NCBI GenBank assembly: GCA_945860565.1
Contig: CAMAQS010000001.1
Location: 427-64,426 of the forward strand
Direction of reading: 5' to 3'
DNA: 64,000 nt
Source of the DNA: Chitinophaga pinensis
Lineage (GTDB): Bacteria > Bacteroidota > Bacteroidia > NS11-12g > UBA955
Made by a program: the position numbers and the translations under genes. Of the stretch, positions 28,626 through 37,548 are shown piece after piece (position 1 is the stretch's first letter; each line of letters begins with the position of its first letter). The notes below the pieces were generated by a model, which made no database searches, had not been told where the DNA came from, and worked only from the letters and a program-made list of their open reading frames with translations.

Positions 28626-29489
28626 ATGAAAAGGAAGGACTTTATTAAAAACACCGCTGCCCTTACTTTAGGCACTGCTTTTTTGCCATTGTTATCAAAA
28701 ACAATTGGAAATACTAACGGAAAGACGCCTTTGAATGTGGTTTTGATTGTTCTTTCTGGTGGAGTTAGAATTCAAGATACCCTACTTAATCCAACGAATT
28801 TGCCTTTTGTTTTATCAAATAACCCTGATTTAAATCGCTCTAAAATACTTTTTAATAATTCGAACTCTAATCATTTGGACGGTTTATCGGATATATTCTA
28901 TGGAAAAATAAAAAAACGATCAATACTAGATGACTTGGCCAATAATATTAACATGCAAAGCAATGAAATAAAATTATTTGGAAATAGTTATTTAAACAAA
29001 GTATTTAGTAATAATGAGTACAAAAAATATGTTGTAAAAAACAATACTAACCAATATAACAACGAAGAATCACAAAATGCGCAAAGGATGTCTCGTGTAT
29101 TAAAAAGCGTAAAAACAAATAAATGCGCTTTTACATCGGTTGTCTTAGATGAATTTGACAACTGCCACAATAATCACAGCAGATATCTTGAAAACTTAAA
29201 GGAATCTGATGAATTAATCTCTGTGTTATGGAATAAAATGACCATTGATTTAAACATGAAAAATACCCTGTTTATGGTAGTTCAAGATTGCGGTAGAGAT
29301 TTATCGCCAAATTCAGATATATATCCACAAATTGGGTATAATCACAACGATGAAAACGCGAAAAGGACATTTTGTTCTTTAATATACACAGATACTTTAA
29401 AAGTGGCTGCTTCAGAAATTTCTACTAAAATGCGCAGTAATTCTGATATAAAAGAAGCCTTGGTTTCTTTGTTTGGAAATAACGCATAA
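28626..29489 (+). CDS. Tat-signal-like exported protein, short DUF1501-like (alkaline-phosphatase-superfamily) candidate
   Basis: The N-terminus MKRKDFIKNTAALTLGTAF resembles a twin-arginine signal, with RK in place of RR. The segments VVLIVLSGGVR, FDNCHNNH and VQDCGRDL…GYNHND resemble DUF1501 blocks. The central region is N-rich and low in complexity. Confidence 0.4.
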   Translation: MKRKDFIKNTAALTLGTAFLPLLSKTIGNTNGKTPLNVVLIVLSGGVRIQDTLLNPTNLPFVLSNNPDLNRSKILFNNSNSNHLDGLSDIFYGKIKKRSILDDLANNINMQSNEIKLFGNSYLNKVFSNNEYKKYVVKNNTNQYNNEESQNAQRMSRVLKSVKTNKCAFTSVVLDEFDNCHNNHSRYLENLKESDELISVLWNKMTIDLNMKNTLFMVVQDCGRDLSPNSDIYPQIGYNHNDENAKRTFCSLIYTDTLKVAASEISTKMRSNSDIKEALVSLFGNNA

Positions 29490-29504
29490 GGCAACTTTTC
29501 AATT

Positions 29505-31109
29505 TTGATTTCTCACAATATCGCATATCGCATTTGGAGTGAATCTATTTATTCTCGTTTTGGGGGATGTGAACTCATTCAAGCCATTAGCTTTTCTAAA
29601 GATGCCTTGTTTTTGGTCTTTTCTAAAGACGAAAATCTATCCGGAATGGAATGTAAATTTGTTAAAAATGAATTGGTATTGCTTTTTCATGACAAAGCTT
29701 CTATTTCTTCCGTTCAAAAACAACATGTACAAAATCAATTTAAAGAGTTATCCGGTGCATCTTTAATAGATGTCCAATTTAAATTGTTGGATAGAATAAT
29801 CATTCTACATTTTTCAAATGATCATTATTTAGTTCTTAAAGGATTCGGGAAATACGGCAATTTGCTCACCTTTCAATCTACTAGTCTATTAAAGCCAGAA
29901 AATATTTTCAGGTTGCATCTAAAAAAGGATTGGGATTTTAATCTGCAACCATTTTTAGATTTCAATTACTCTTTTAAATCAGGTACGATTCAGAAGTCAG
30001 TATTGATAAGTGATGAAGATGCTTGGAATTTTCATTTTAAGTCAACGAGAATAAATGAAATTTTTCAGGATAATGAAATCACAAACTTTTTTTCCGAAAC
30101 CAAATTGCATGTCCAAAATAAAATCTTAATCGAAAAAATAATGAATGTTGAAACGATTAAAATTAAACATGATGGATTGGGTTTATTAAACTTCATATTT
30201 AATAAAAATGCCAAAATTGAAGATGTTAAATTTGAACAAATAGAAATAGAATTATCACAGAAATTAAAAGACCATTTGCGCTGGTTTTATTTCTCTGAAC
30301 AAAAGGACCTAGAAATAGCTAAACTAAAACAAACCATACAAAACAATACATCAAAACGCGCACAGTATGCGAATCGTTTGAATATTGTTAACACCCAGAG
30401 AAGCATGAAAGAGTTAGGCGATATTCTTATGTCTAATGCACATTCGGTTAGTAGTGGTTTAACAGAAGCCTTATTGTTCGATTTTTACAGTAATCAGCGC
30501 CTTCGGATAAAGCTTAACCCTAAATTAAATTGCTCTGAAAATGCAGAATGGTATTACAAAAAGGCCAAGAACCAGATGATTGAAGTCGGAAAGTTGACCG
30601 AACATATAGAAGACTGCGAAAATAAGATAACTCAAGCTACCCAGTTATTGGGGCTAATCATTAAAACGGAATCAATGATGGAGTTAAAACCCCTCATTCA
30701 TTCAAATGGTGGTTCCAAAAATCCGATTGGGTCGGTAAAAAAAGTATCTGAAAGCCCAATTGAATCAAAATTCAAGAAGGAAATTGAAAGTGGATTTGAA
30801 ATTTGGATTGGCAAGAATGGAAAAAACAACGATGAGTTATTGCGGTTTTCACACAAAAACGACATTTGGATGCATGCAAAAGACTGCGCTGGGTCTCATA
30901 TAATCATTCGGGCCAATAATAAGTCTATACCCGAGGATGTATTGAAAAAAGCGGCCAGTCATGCTGCCCTTAATTCAAAAGCAAAGACACAATCCATAGC
31001 AACGGTGATGTTTACGGAGAGGAAATATGTTTCCAAACCAAAGGGAGCGGCACCTGGAGAAGTTAAAGTAAATAAATTTTCGATTTTGGATGTAATTTTG
31101 AGCCATTAA
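29505..31109 (+). CDS. NFACT-family RNA-binding protein (RqcH/Rqc2-like, DUF814), TTG start
   Basis: The C-terminal NFACT-R/DUF814 block is DIWMHAKDCAGSHIIIR. The central region is coiled-coil-like. The N-terminal domain carries LLDRIIILHF (Asp96-Arg97). Confidence 0.75.
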   Translation: MISHNIAYRIWSESIYSRFGGCELIQAISFSKDALFLVFSKDENLSGMECKFVKNELVLLFHDKASISSVQKQHVQNQFKELSGASLIDVQFKLLDRIIILHFSNDHYLVLKGFGKYGNLLTFQSTSLLKPENIFRLHLKKDWDFNLQPFLDFNYSFKSGTIQKSVLISDEDAWNFHFKSTRINEIFQDNEITNFFSETKLHVQNKILIEKIMNVETIKIKHDGLGLLNFIFNKNAKIEDVKFEQIEIELSQKLKDHLRWFYFSEQKDLEIAKLKQTIQNNTSKRAQYANRLNIVNTQRSMKELGDILMSNAHSVSSGLTEALLFDFYSNQRLRIKLNPKLNCSENAEWYYKKAKNQMIEVGKLTEHIEDCENKITQATQLLGLIIKTESMMELKPLIHSNGGSKNPIGSVKKVSESPIESKFKKEIESGFEIWIGKNGKNNDELLRFSHKNDIWMHAKDCAGSHIIIRANNKSIPEDVLKKAASHAALNSKAKTQSIATVMFTERKYVSKPKGAAPGEVKVNKFSILDVILSH

Positions 31110-31161
31110 TGTTTTTTTTAAAAATAATCGTTTCGTAATTTGGATTTCAAAAAAATGATTT

Positions 31162-31169
31162 TATATTTG
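31162..31169 (+). promoter_or_regulatory. Bacteroidota -7 promoter box (TATATTTG) for tRNA-Val
   Basis: Perfect TAnnTTTG match, 16 nt upstream of the mature tRNA 5' end. A TTG lies 20 nt upstream (31139-31141). Confidence 0.55.
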
Positions 31170-31185
31170 CACTCCGATTAAGAAA

Positions 31186-31260
31186 GGGAGCTTAGCTCAG
31201 TTGGTTCAGAGCATCTGCCTTACAAGCAGAGGGTCGGGGGTTCGAATCCCTCAGCTCCCA
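31186..31260 (+). tRNA. tRNA-Val (anticodon UAC)
   Basis: A 75-nt cloverleaf folds by hand. The acceptor stem is GGGAGCT/AGCTCCC and the D-arm is GCTC…GAGC. The anticodon stem TCTGC/GCAGA carries the loop CTTACAA. The T-arm is GGGGG TTCGAAT CCCTC. CCA is not encoded. Confidence 0.95.
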
Positions 31261-31271
31261 CAAAAGAAACG

Positions 31272-31302
31272 AAAACCTCATTTATGAGGTTTTTTCTTTT
31301 TT
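31272..31302 (+). terminator. Rho-independent terminator after tRNA-Val
   Basis: The stem AACCTCA/TGAGGTT has the loop TTTA and is followed by TTTTCTTTTTT. Confidence 0.75.
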
Positions 31303-31330
31303 AGTCTGCAAGATTTCTTAAATTCGCAGC

Positions 31331-32398
31331 ATGCGCGAAGAATCAAATTCCTTTTTATTGAATTACTTGAATACAATTTCACCTACTGGCTTTGAATCCA
31401 ATGGTCAAAAAGTTTGGTTGAATTATCTCAGTGAATTTGTAGATGAGACATTTGTTGATACATACGGGACTGCCGTAGGCATTATTAATCCTGGAAAAGA
31501 GTTTAAAGTGGTTTTAGAAGCTCATGCCGACGAAATTAGTTGGTTTGTAAAGTATATTTCCGACGATGGATATATTTACGTTATTCGAAATGGTGGAAGT
31601 GATTTTCAAATTGCGCCTAGCATGCGTTGCAATGTCTACTGTGAGAATGGAAATATTGTAAAAGGCGTATTCGGTTGGCCTGCTATTCACGTTAGGCAAG
31701 ATAAAAATCCCGAAACAAAACAAGAAAATATTTTTATTGACTTAGGTTGTCATACAAAATCAGAAGTAGAAAATCTTGGAGTTCATATTGGTGCAGTGGT
31801 TGTATTTGAAGCAGATGCCGAATGGTTAAATGAACAATATCTCATTGGCCGAGCACTAGACAATAGAATTGGTGGATTTATGATTGCTGAAGTTGCTCGA
31901 ACCATAAAGGAAAATAACATTCAACTACCCTATTCATTGTATATTGTGAATAGTGTGCAAGAAGAAATTGGATTACGGGGTGCAGAAATGATTTCAAGGA
32001 CCATTAATCCAGATGTAGCCATAATAACAGATGTTACCCACGATACGTTCAGCCCTTTATACAACAAAAAACAACAAGGGGAATGCAAGTGTGGCAAAGG
32101 AGCCGTTTTAACCTATGGACCCGCTGTTCAAAATAACTTATTGCAGTTTATCTTAAACATCGCAAAATCCAATGAAATTGATTTTCAGCGCAGTGCTGTG
32201 AGTCGATCTACAGGTACAGATACCGATAGTTTCGCTTATTCTTCTACTGGAGTGGCTTCTGCCCTCATTTCCTTGCCATTAAAGTATATGCACACTACTG
32301 TAGAAATGGTGCATAACGACGATATAAATAGTTGCATTGAACTCATGTACCAAGTTGTACAAAATATAGAATACAAACAGTCTTTCAATTATCTATAA
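31331..32398 (+). CDS. M42 family metallopeptidase (FrvX/glutamyl aminopeptidase-like)
   Basis: The motifs LEAHADEISW, GRALDNRIGG and VQEEIGLRGA are characteristic of M42 peptidases. Confidence 0.8.
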   Translation: MREESNSFLLNYLNTISPTGFESNGQKVWLNYLSEFVDETFVDTYGTAVGIINPGKEFKVVLEAHADEISWFVKYISDDGYIYVIRNGGSDFQIAPSMRCNVYCENGNIVKGVFGWPAIHVRQDKNPETKQENIFIDLGCHTKSEVENLGVHIGAVVVFEADAEWLNEQYLIGRALDNRIGGFMIAEVARTIKENNIQLPYSLYIVNSVQEEIGLRGAEMISRTINPDVAIITDVTHDTFSPLYNKKQQGECKCGKGAVLTYGPAVQNNLLQFILNIAKSNEIDFQRSAVSRSTGTDTDSFAYSSTGVASALISLPLKYMHTTVEMVHNDDINSCIELMYQVVQNIEYKQSFNYL

Positions 32399-33294
32399 TG
32401 TATCAATCTGAAAAACCGAAACCAAATCTATCCTTTCTTCTTTTTGTCTATCCTTTTTTGTGGATAATAGGCAATCTTCCTTTTTTTATTTTATACCGTT
32501 TAGGTGATCTTATTTTTGTCTTACTTTTTCATGTTTTTAAATATAGAATAGACATTGTATTGTCAAATCTTAGAAACTCATTTCCAGAAAAAGCTGAAAC
32601 TGAATTAAAAAAAATCGAAAAATCCTATTACAAACACCTTGCCGATCTGATACTAGAAACAATTAAAGGCATTTCTATTACTGAAAAACAATTAAGAATA
32701 AGGTCCAAAAATATCGACCAATCGGTCTTTGATGACTTTTTTGAAAAAAAGAAAAATTTCATCGTAGTTATGAGTCATTGTGGGAATTGGGAATGGGTTT
32801 GTCTGATGTCGCAACCTGTTTGTAAACAACAGATTATTTGTACTTATAAAACATTATCAAATAAGGGGTTTAATTGGCTTATGTACTCTGTAAGAAGCAA
32901 GTTTAAGGCCATGCCTGTTCACATGAATGAAACCTTAAAAGCAATCTTAAAAAGCAGTGACGTTGTCAATACAACAGCATTAATTGGGGATCAAAATCCA
33001 TCTAACATAAACAACGTTTACTGGTCAACATTTTTAAACCAAGAAACCGCGTTTTTTAATGGGCCCGCTAAAATTGCCAAAAAATTGGGTTACCCTCTAG
33101 TGTATATGTCTAGTAGAAAAGTAAAAAGAGGACATTATGAAACATATACGGAAATAATTGTTGATGATGTTTCGGCTTATTCCGAAGCTGAAATTAGCGA
33201 AATCATTGTGCGTAAAACTGAAAATGAAATTTTGGCTCAACCAGAAATTTGGCTGTGGAGTCACCGACGCTGGAAACACAAAAGAACCCATTAG
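32398..33294 (+). CDS. Lipid A late acyltransferase family protein (LpxL/HtrB-like)
   Basis: It has an N-terminal TM segment and the SHCGNWEW motif (the H-x-x-N-W-E box of the LpxL family). Its ATG overlaps the M42 stop codon (TAATG). Confidence 0.7.
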   Translation: MYQSEKPKPNLSFLLFVYPFLWIIGNLPFFILYRLGDLIFVLLFHVFKYRIDIVLSNLRNSFPEKAETELKKIEKSYYKHLADLILETIKGISITEKQLRIRSKNIDQSVFDDFFEKKKNFIVVMSHCGNWEWVCLMSQPVCKQQIICTYKTLSNKGFNWLMYSVRSKFKAMPVHMNETLKAILKSSDVVNTTALIGDQNPSNINNVYWSTFLNQETAFFNGPAKIAKKLGYPLVYMSSRKVKRGHYETYTEIIVDDVSAYSEAEISEIIVRKTENEILAQPEIWLWSHRRWKHKRTH

Positions 33295-33310
33295 TCTAAG
33301 AACTTTTTAT

Positions 33311-33318
33311 TATATTTG
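33311..33318 (+). promoter_or_regulatory. Bacteroidota -7 promoter box (TATATTTG) upstream of the ArsR-family gene
   Basis: Perfect TAnnTTTG match, 19 nt upstream of the ATG at 33338. Confidence 0.45.
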
Positions 33319-33337
33319 TATTTTACGATAAAAATAT

Positions 33338-33664
33338 ATGATAAAAGGAACTTTTGACAATTCAATTGAAAATTTAGCGAACCTTTGCAAGGCAATTGGA
33401 CACCCAGCAAGAATCAGTATTTTATTGTTTTTAATGGAAAATGGTCCAAGTACATGTCAAGAAATTGTAGATAAACTGCCCTATTCACAGAGTACCGTTT
33501 CAGGTCATATACAGAAACTCAAAGAAGATGGTTATGTTTTGCTGAAATTGCATAAAACCTCATCTATATATTCTCTTAACAAAGAAACGCTTTTAAAGCT
33601 AAGCCAAGAGGTTCAGAGTGTATTTAAACTAATGCCAGATAAAAAACAATTGTCGCTATTTTAA
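33338..33664 (+). CDS. ArsR/SmtB family transcriptional regulator
   Basis: 108 aa. The winged-HTH signature is HPARISILLFLMENGPSTCQEIVDKLPYSQSTVSGHIQKLKEDGYV. Confidence 0.8.
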   Translation: MIKGTFDNSIENLANLCKAIGHPARISILLFLMENGPSTCQEIVDKLPYSQSTVSGHIQKLKEDGYVLLKLHKTSSIYSLNKETLLKLSQEVQSVFKLMPDKKQLSLF

Positions 33665-34881
33665 CGATCTTTGTAATCCTCAATCACCATCCCAGTTAAA
33701 AGTTTCGGTTCAATAAATGTACTTTTGGGTGGCATAATTTCATTTTCATCAGCTACATTACGAATTTCTTCCATGCTGTTTGGATGAAATAAAATGGCCA
33801 AATCAATTGCTCCTATCGATAATTTGTGCATGATTTCGTTTACCGGTGTATCCCCACGTAAAAAACCAATTCTAGCATCTTGTGAAGAATCTTGCAGCTG
33901 AAAAAGTGGATATAAAATCAATTTCTCTGTAATAGAAACATCTAATTTGTCCTTAGCTGAAACATTCGACAATTCAGGAAGTTGAGCTTTAATAATAAAT
34001 TCTTTTGAATAAAAAACCACTTCCCCTTTATTTATTGACTCGTAAGAAACAGCTTCTTTTAAAGTCTCGATATAAATATTTGATGACTCTAAAAATGGAA
34101 TCAATGTGTTAGGGTCTATGTCCTTTAAAAGTCTATAAAAGGGCTTTATAAGTAAATCACCTTCATCCATAATCAAAGACATAAATCCTTTACCTGAGTT
34201 GTGACCAAACTCTTGGATTATATATTGGCTTGTAGAGGCAACACGGTGATGTCCATCGGCAATGTACAAAGATTCAATTTGATTGAACATTGAAAGTATA
34301 GAGTTCATTGAATCGCTATCAGAAACTTGCCATAACTGATGAATATTTCTATTTTCATCGGCAATTTCCAATATAGTACTATTCGTGTCTATATGTTTTT
34401 TGGCAGCTGCTTTCATCGATTCAGGTAAAATAGTCGACAACAATACAGGTTCAGCCATGGATTGTAAAATTTGGATGTGTTTTACCAATCGCTCTTCTTT
34501 GGCTTTAATGGTATTTTCATGTTTTTTAACACGACCATTTAAATAGTCGTCCGCATCTATACCCACTATCCACCCACCTAAGTTTACACCAGAATTGTGT
34601 TTTTGATTGTAATAATAAATAGATTCAACTTGAGGAGCTATTTTAGAATTCTTAATCAGTGCATCTAAATAAAATTTACTTTTATCGTAAAAATCAGATG
34701 AACCAGGAATTAAATCATGATCAATATATTGAGGTTTAACTACACGAATATAGTTCGATGGGAAACGAAGTGCTTTTTCAATTAATACAGATTCAGGCAG
34801 TTTTCCAGAACCCAAACTAACAATTTCATCAATGCAGGAAATGTCGGGCAATAGTGTCTGAATAGGGAATGCAGATATCAA
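33661..34881 (-). CDS. DUF1015 domain-containing protein
   Basis: 406 aa. It has the characteristic block YIADGHHR and the overall length and pattern of DUF1015. It starts 3 nt downstream of serA. Confidence 0.7.
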   Translation of the reverse strand: MISAFPIQTLLPDISCIDEIVSLGSGKLPESVLIEKALRFPSNYIRVVKPQYIDHDLIPGSSDFYDKSKFYLDALIKNSKIAPQVESIYYYNQKHNSGVNLGGWIVGIDADDYLNGRVKKHENTIKAKEERLVKHIQILQSMAEPVLLSTILPESMKAAAKKHIDTNSTILEIADENRNIHQLWQVSDSDSMNSILSMFNQIESLYIADGHHRVASTSQYIIQEFGHNSGKGFMSLIMDEGDLLIKPFYRLLKDIDPNTLIPFLESSNIYIETLKEAVSYESINKGEVVFYSKEFIIKAQLPELSNVSAKDKLDVSITEKLILYPLFQLQDSSQDARIGFLRGDTPVNEIMHKLSIGAIDLAILFHPNSMEEIRNVADENEIMPPKSTFIEPKLLTGMVIEDYKDR

Positions 34882-34884
34882 TTT

Positions 34885-35835
34885 TTATTTATTAAAAAAG
34901 CCAATAATCCGTTCTGCAAGTTCCACACCTACTCTTTCTTGAGCCTCTTTGGTACTGGCTCCAATGTGCGCAGACAATGAAGTATTCTTTAATTTTAAAA
35001 TTGTGTCGTTTGTAGGTGGTTCATTTTCAAAAACATCCACGCCCGCAAACGAAATTTTGCCGGATGAAACGGCATCGTGCAATGCTTGTTCATTTACAAC
35101 GCCGCCTCTAGCACAGTTTATAAGTACTGCCCCAGTTTTTATTTCGTTCAATTCATTTGCTCCAATTACTTCTTCACTTCCAGGAGTGTGTATTGTAATG
35201 ATATCACTTGTGCTTAAGGTTGTTTTTAAGTCAACACCTTGTAGCGTCAATTGAAAGTTTTTCAATTGATATTTGGAATGTAAAGAAATCGTTAGGTCGA
35301 AACTTCTCATTTTATAATCATATACAATGACTTCCATTCCTAAACCTATGGCCATTTTTGCTACTTCTTGTCCAATTCTTCCGAAACCTATAATTCCTAA
35401 TTTTTTTCCTTGAAGTTCGAAACCTTCAGATCCAATTTTTTTCAATTCTTTAAAATTTTCTTTTCCATTATCTGCCATTTCTTTGTTGGAAACGTGCAAG
35501 TATCTTGAAACCGAAAAAAGATGCGCAAAAACCAATTCCGCAACAGACCTTGAAGATGCGTTGGGTGTGTTAACAACAGGAACATGCTTTAATCCTGCCG
35601 CTTTTAGGTCTATATTGTCTAAACCCACTCCTGCCCTTGCAATCAGTTTTAAGTTACCTGCTTCAATAATTTCTGCAGTCACTTTAGTCGCACTTCTAAC
35701 AATTAATATATCAAACTCAGAAATTCGATTTGCGAGTTCATTTTGAGGGATTTTTTCTAAAATCACTTCAAATCCCTTAGATTCCAAAAGGTTTTTTCCT
35801 GTAGTGTCTATTCCGTCGTTGGCAAGTATTCTCAT
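34885..35835 (-). CDS. serA: D-3-phosphoglycerate dehydrogenase (short D-2-hydroxyacid dehydrogenase type)
   Basis: The NAD-binding loop is GIIGFGRIGQEVA, with catalytic-region motifs RGGVVNE and HIGAST. It sits directly between serC and DUF1015. Confidence 0.8.
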   Translation of the reverse strand: MRILANDGIDTTGKNLLESKGFEVILEKIPQNELANRISEFDILIVRSATKVTAEIIEAGNLKLIARAGVGLDNIDLKAAGLKHVPVVNTPNASSRSVAELVFAHLFSVSRYLHVSNKEMADNGKENFKELKKIGSEGFELQGKKLGIIGFGRIGQEVAKMAIGLGMEVIVYDYKMRSFDLTISLHSKYQLKNFQLTLQGVDLKTTLSTSDIITIHTPGSEEVIGANELNEIKTGAVLINCARGGVVNEQALHDAVSSGKISFAGVDVFENEPPTNDTILKLKNTSLSAHIGASTKEAQERVGVELAERIIGFFNK

Positions 35836-35841
35836 TTCGTT

Positions 35842-36918
35842 TTATTTATCAAAATTCATCATAACATCAACCAAAGCTTGAACACTATCTATAGGTAGAG
35901 CATTGTATAAGGAAGCTCTGTAACCACCCACGCTTCTATGTCCCTTAATACCTGAAATATTCGCGTCTAAACAAGCAGCTTCAAACTTAGATACCAATTC
36001 AGGAGTTTCTTGTTTAAAGACAAAACAAACATTCATAAAACTTCTAGAGCTAACTTCTGTAGTACCTTCAAAATACTCACTAGAATCTATGGCGTTGTAT
36101 AATAAATTGGCTTTTTCTGTGTTCCTAATTTCCATTCCATTTAAACCACCATTGTCTCTTACCCATTCCAAATTGTATTTAGATACCAATATTGGGAATA
36201 CAGGTGGGGTGTTATACATGCTGCCATTTTTAGCATGGATTTGATAATCCAACATGGTTGGGATGTGTCTATCAGCCTTTCTATTGTAAATGTCTTTATG
36301 AACAATGGCAAGGGTTACACCTGCAGGGCCCATATTTTTCTGAGCACCGGCATAAATCATTTGAAATTTGTTGGCATCTATTTTTCTAGAAAATATATCA
36401 GAGCTCATATCGCAAATTAATGGGATGTTTGTTTCTGGAAAAGATTGCATTTGTGTACCAAAAATTGTGTTATTGCTAGTGCAATGAAAATAATCTGCCG
36501 ATGGATCTATGCTATAATCAGTGGGGATAAAATTAAAGTTTTTTGATTTACTACTTGCCGCTATGATAACTTCACCATAAGCCTGTGCTTCTTCAATTGC
36601 TTTAGATGCCCACGTACCTGTTTGAGTATAAACGCCTTTGGTTTTTAAGAAATTCATTGGAATTTGATAAAATTGTGTAGAGGCTCCACCTTGTAAAAAG
36701 AGAATATCGTAATCATCCGATAAGTTTAAGATGGATTTTACCAGAAGTCTACATTCTTCCATTACCGCTTCAAATTCTGCACTGCGGTGAGAAATTTCCA
36801 AAATACTTAATCCGGTTCCAGCGAAATTTTGAATGTCTTCCATACTTTTGTTAATGGCATAAGAAGATAAAATTGACGGTCCTGCTGAAAAATTGTGAAT
36901 CTTTTTTGTTGCGTTCAT
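35842..36918 (-). CDS. serC: 3-phosphoserine aminotransferase
   Basis: The N-terminus reads HNFSAGPSILS, followed by SHRS…EF and the YAGAQKNMGPAG PLP-lysine region. The length of 358 aa is typical. Confidence 0.9.
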   Translation of the reverse strand: MNATKKIHNFSAGPSILSSYAINKSMEDIQNFAGTGLSILEISHRSAEFEAVMEECRLLVKSILNLSDDYDILFLQGGASTQFYQIPMNFLKTKGVYTQTGTWASKAIEEAQAYGEVIIAASSKSKNFNFIPTDYSIDPSADYFHCTSNNTIFGTQMQSFPETNIPLICDMSSDIFSRKIDANKFQMIYAGAQKNMGPAGVTLAIVHKDIYNRKADRHIPTMLDYQIHAKNGSMYNTPPVFPILVSKYNLEWVRDNGGLNGMEIRNTEKANLLYNAIDSSEYFEGTTEVSSRSFMNVCFVFKQETPELVSKFEAACLDANISGIKGHRSVGGYRASLYNALPIDSVQALVDVMMNFDK

Positions 36919-36963
36919 AAATCAACTGCAATTTTACGCGTATAATTGCGTCTATACAAGCTA

Positions 36964-37548
36964 ATGAGAGGTATTATTAAGATTTCGTTTGTTATTTTTA
37001 TGTTTACAAGTAACCAATCGTTGTATTCTCAATACGAAGGTTTGGATTCAAACAGAAGACAAATTAAAGCAGCATTAAAGCAAAAAGATTCTTTTGCCGA
37101 CAATTCTATAAATTTAAAAGAAATGAGATTCTCGGGTCTTGACTTTTCGGTTTTTGGAAATGGATCTACCTACCAATTGGAATTGGCTCCATATACTGGC
37201 TATCAATTTAATGAAAGGTTATACTTGGCTGGTGGAATTAGTGGTTCGGTCATTACAATGCCCACAAACACGGGCAGTGGCCTCATATCCACAAACATTG
37301 CAGCATTCGGATTTTTACGCATTCCAGTAAACAGCTTCTTTTTAGATGCGGAATACAGAATACAAAACTCAGTAACCTCTTATGAACCAAGAACTAGAGA
37401 ATGGTTTGGAACTTCAATTATCGGAATAGGTTATCTAAACGAAGACAACTTTGGTAGTTATATTTTGCTCGGTGTTGCTCTAAATCCCAAATATTATTTT
37501 TCAAGTCCGCTCGGGCCTTTTATTTACCGTTTTGGATTTAGGTTTTAA
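36964..37548 (+). CDS. Hypothetical exported protein, possible small outer-membrane beta-barrel
   Basis: The ATG at 36964 gives the signal-like N-terminus MRGIIKISFVIFMFTSNQSLYSQ. The sequence has alternating Gly/aromatic-rich segments and a C-terminal …FGFRF. No family is recognised. Confidence 0.4.
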   Translation: MRGIIKISFVIFMFTSNQSLYSQYEGLDSNRRQIKAALKQKDSFADNSINLKEMRFSGLDFSVFGNGSTYQLELAPYTGYQFNERLYLAGGISGSVITMPTNTGSGLISTNIAAFGFLRIPVNSFFLDAEYRIQNSVTSYEPRTREWFGTSIIGIGYLNEDNFGSYILLGVALNPKYYFSSPLGPFIYRFGFRF

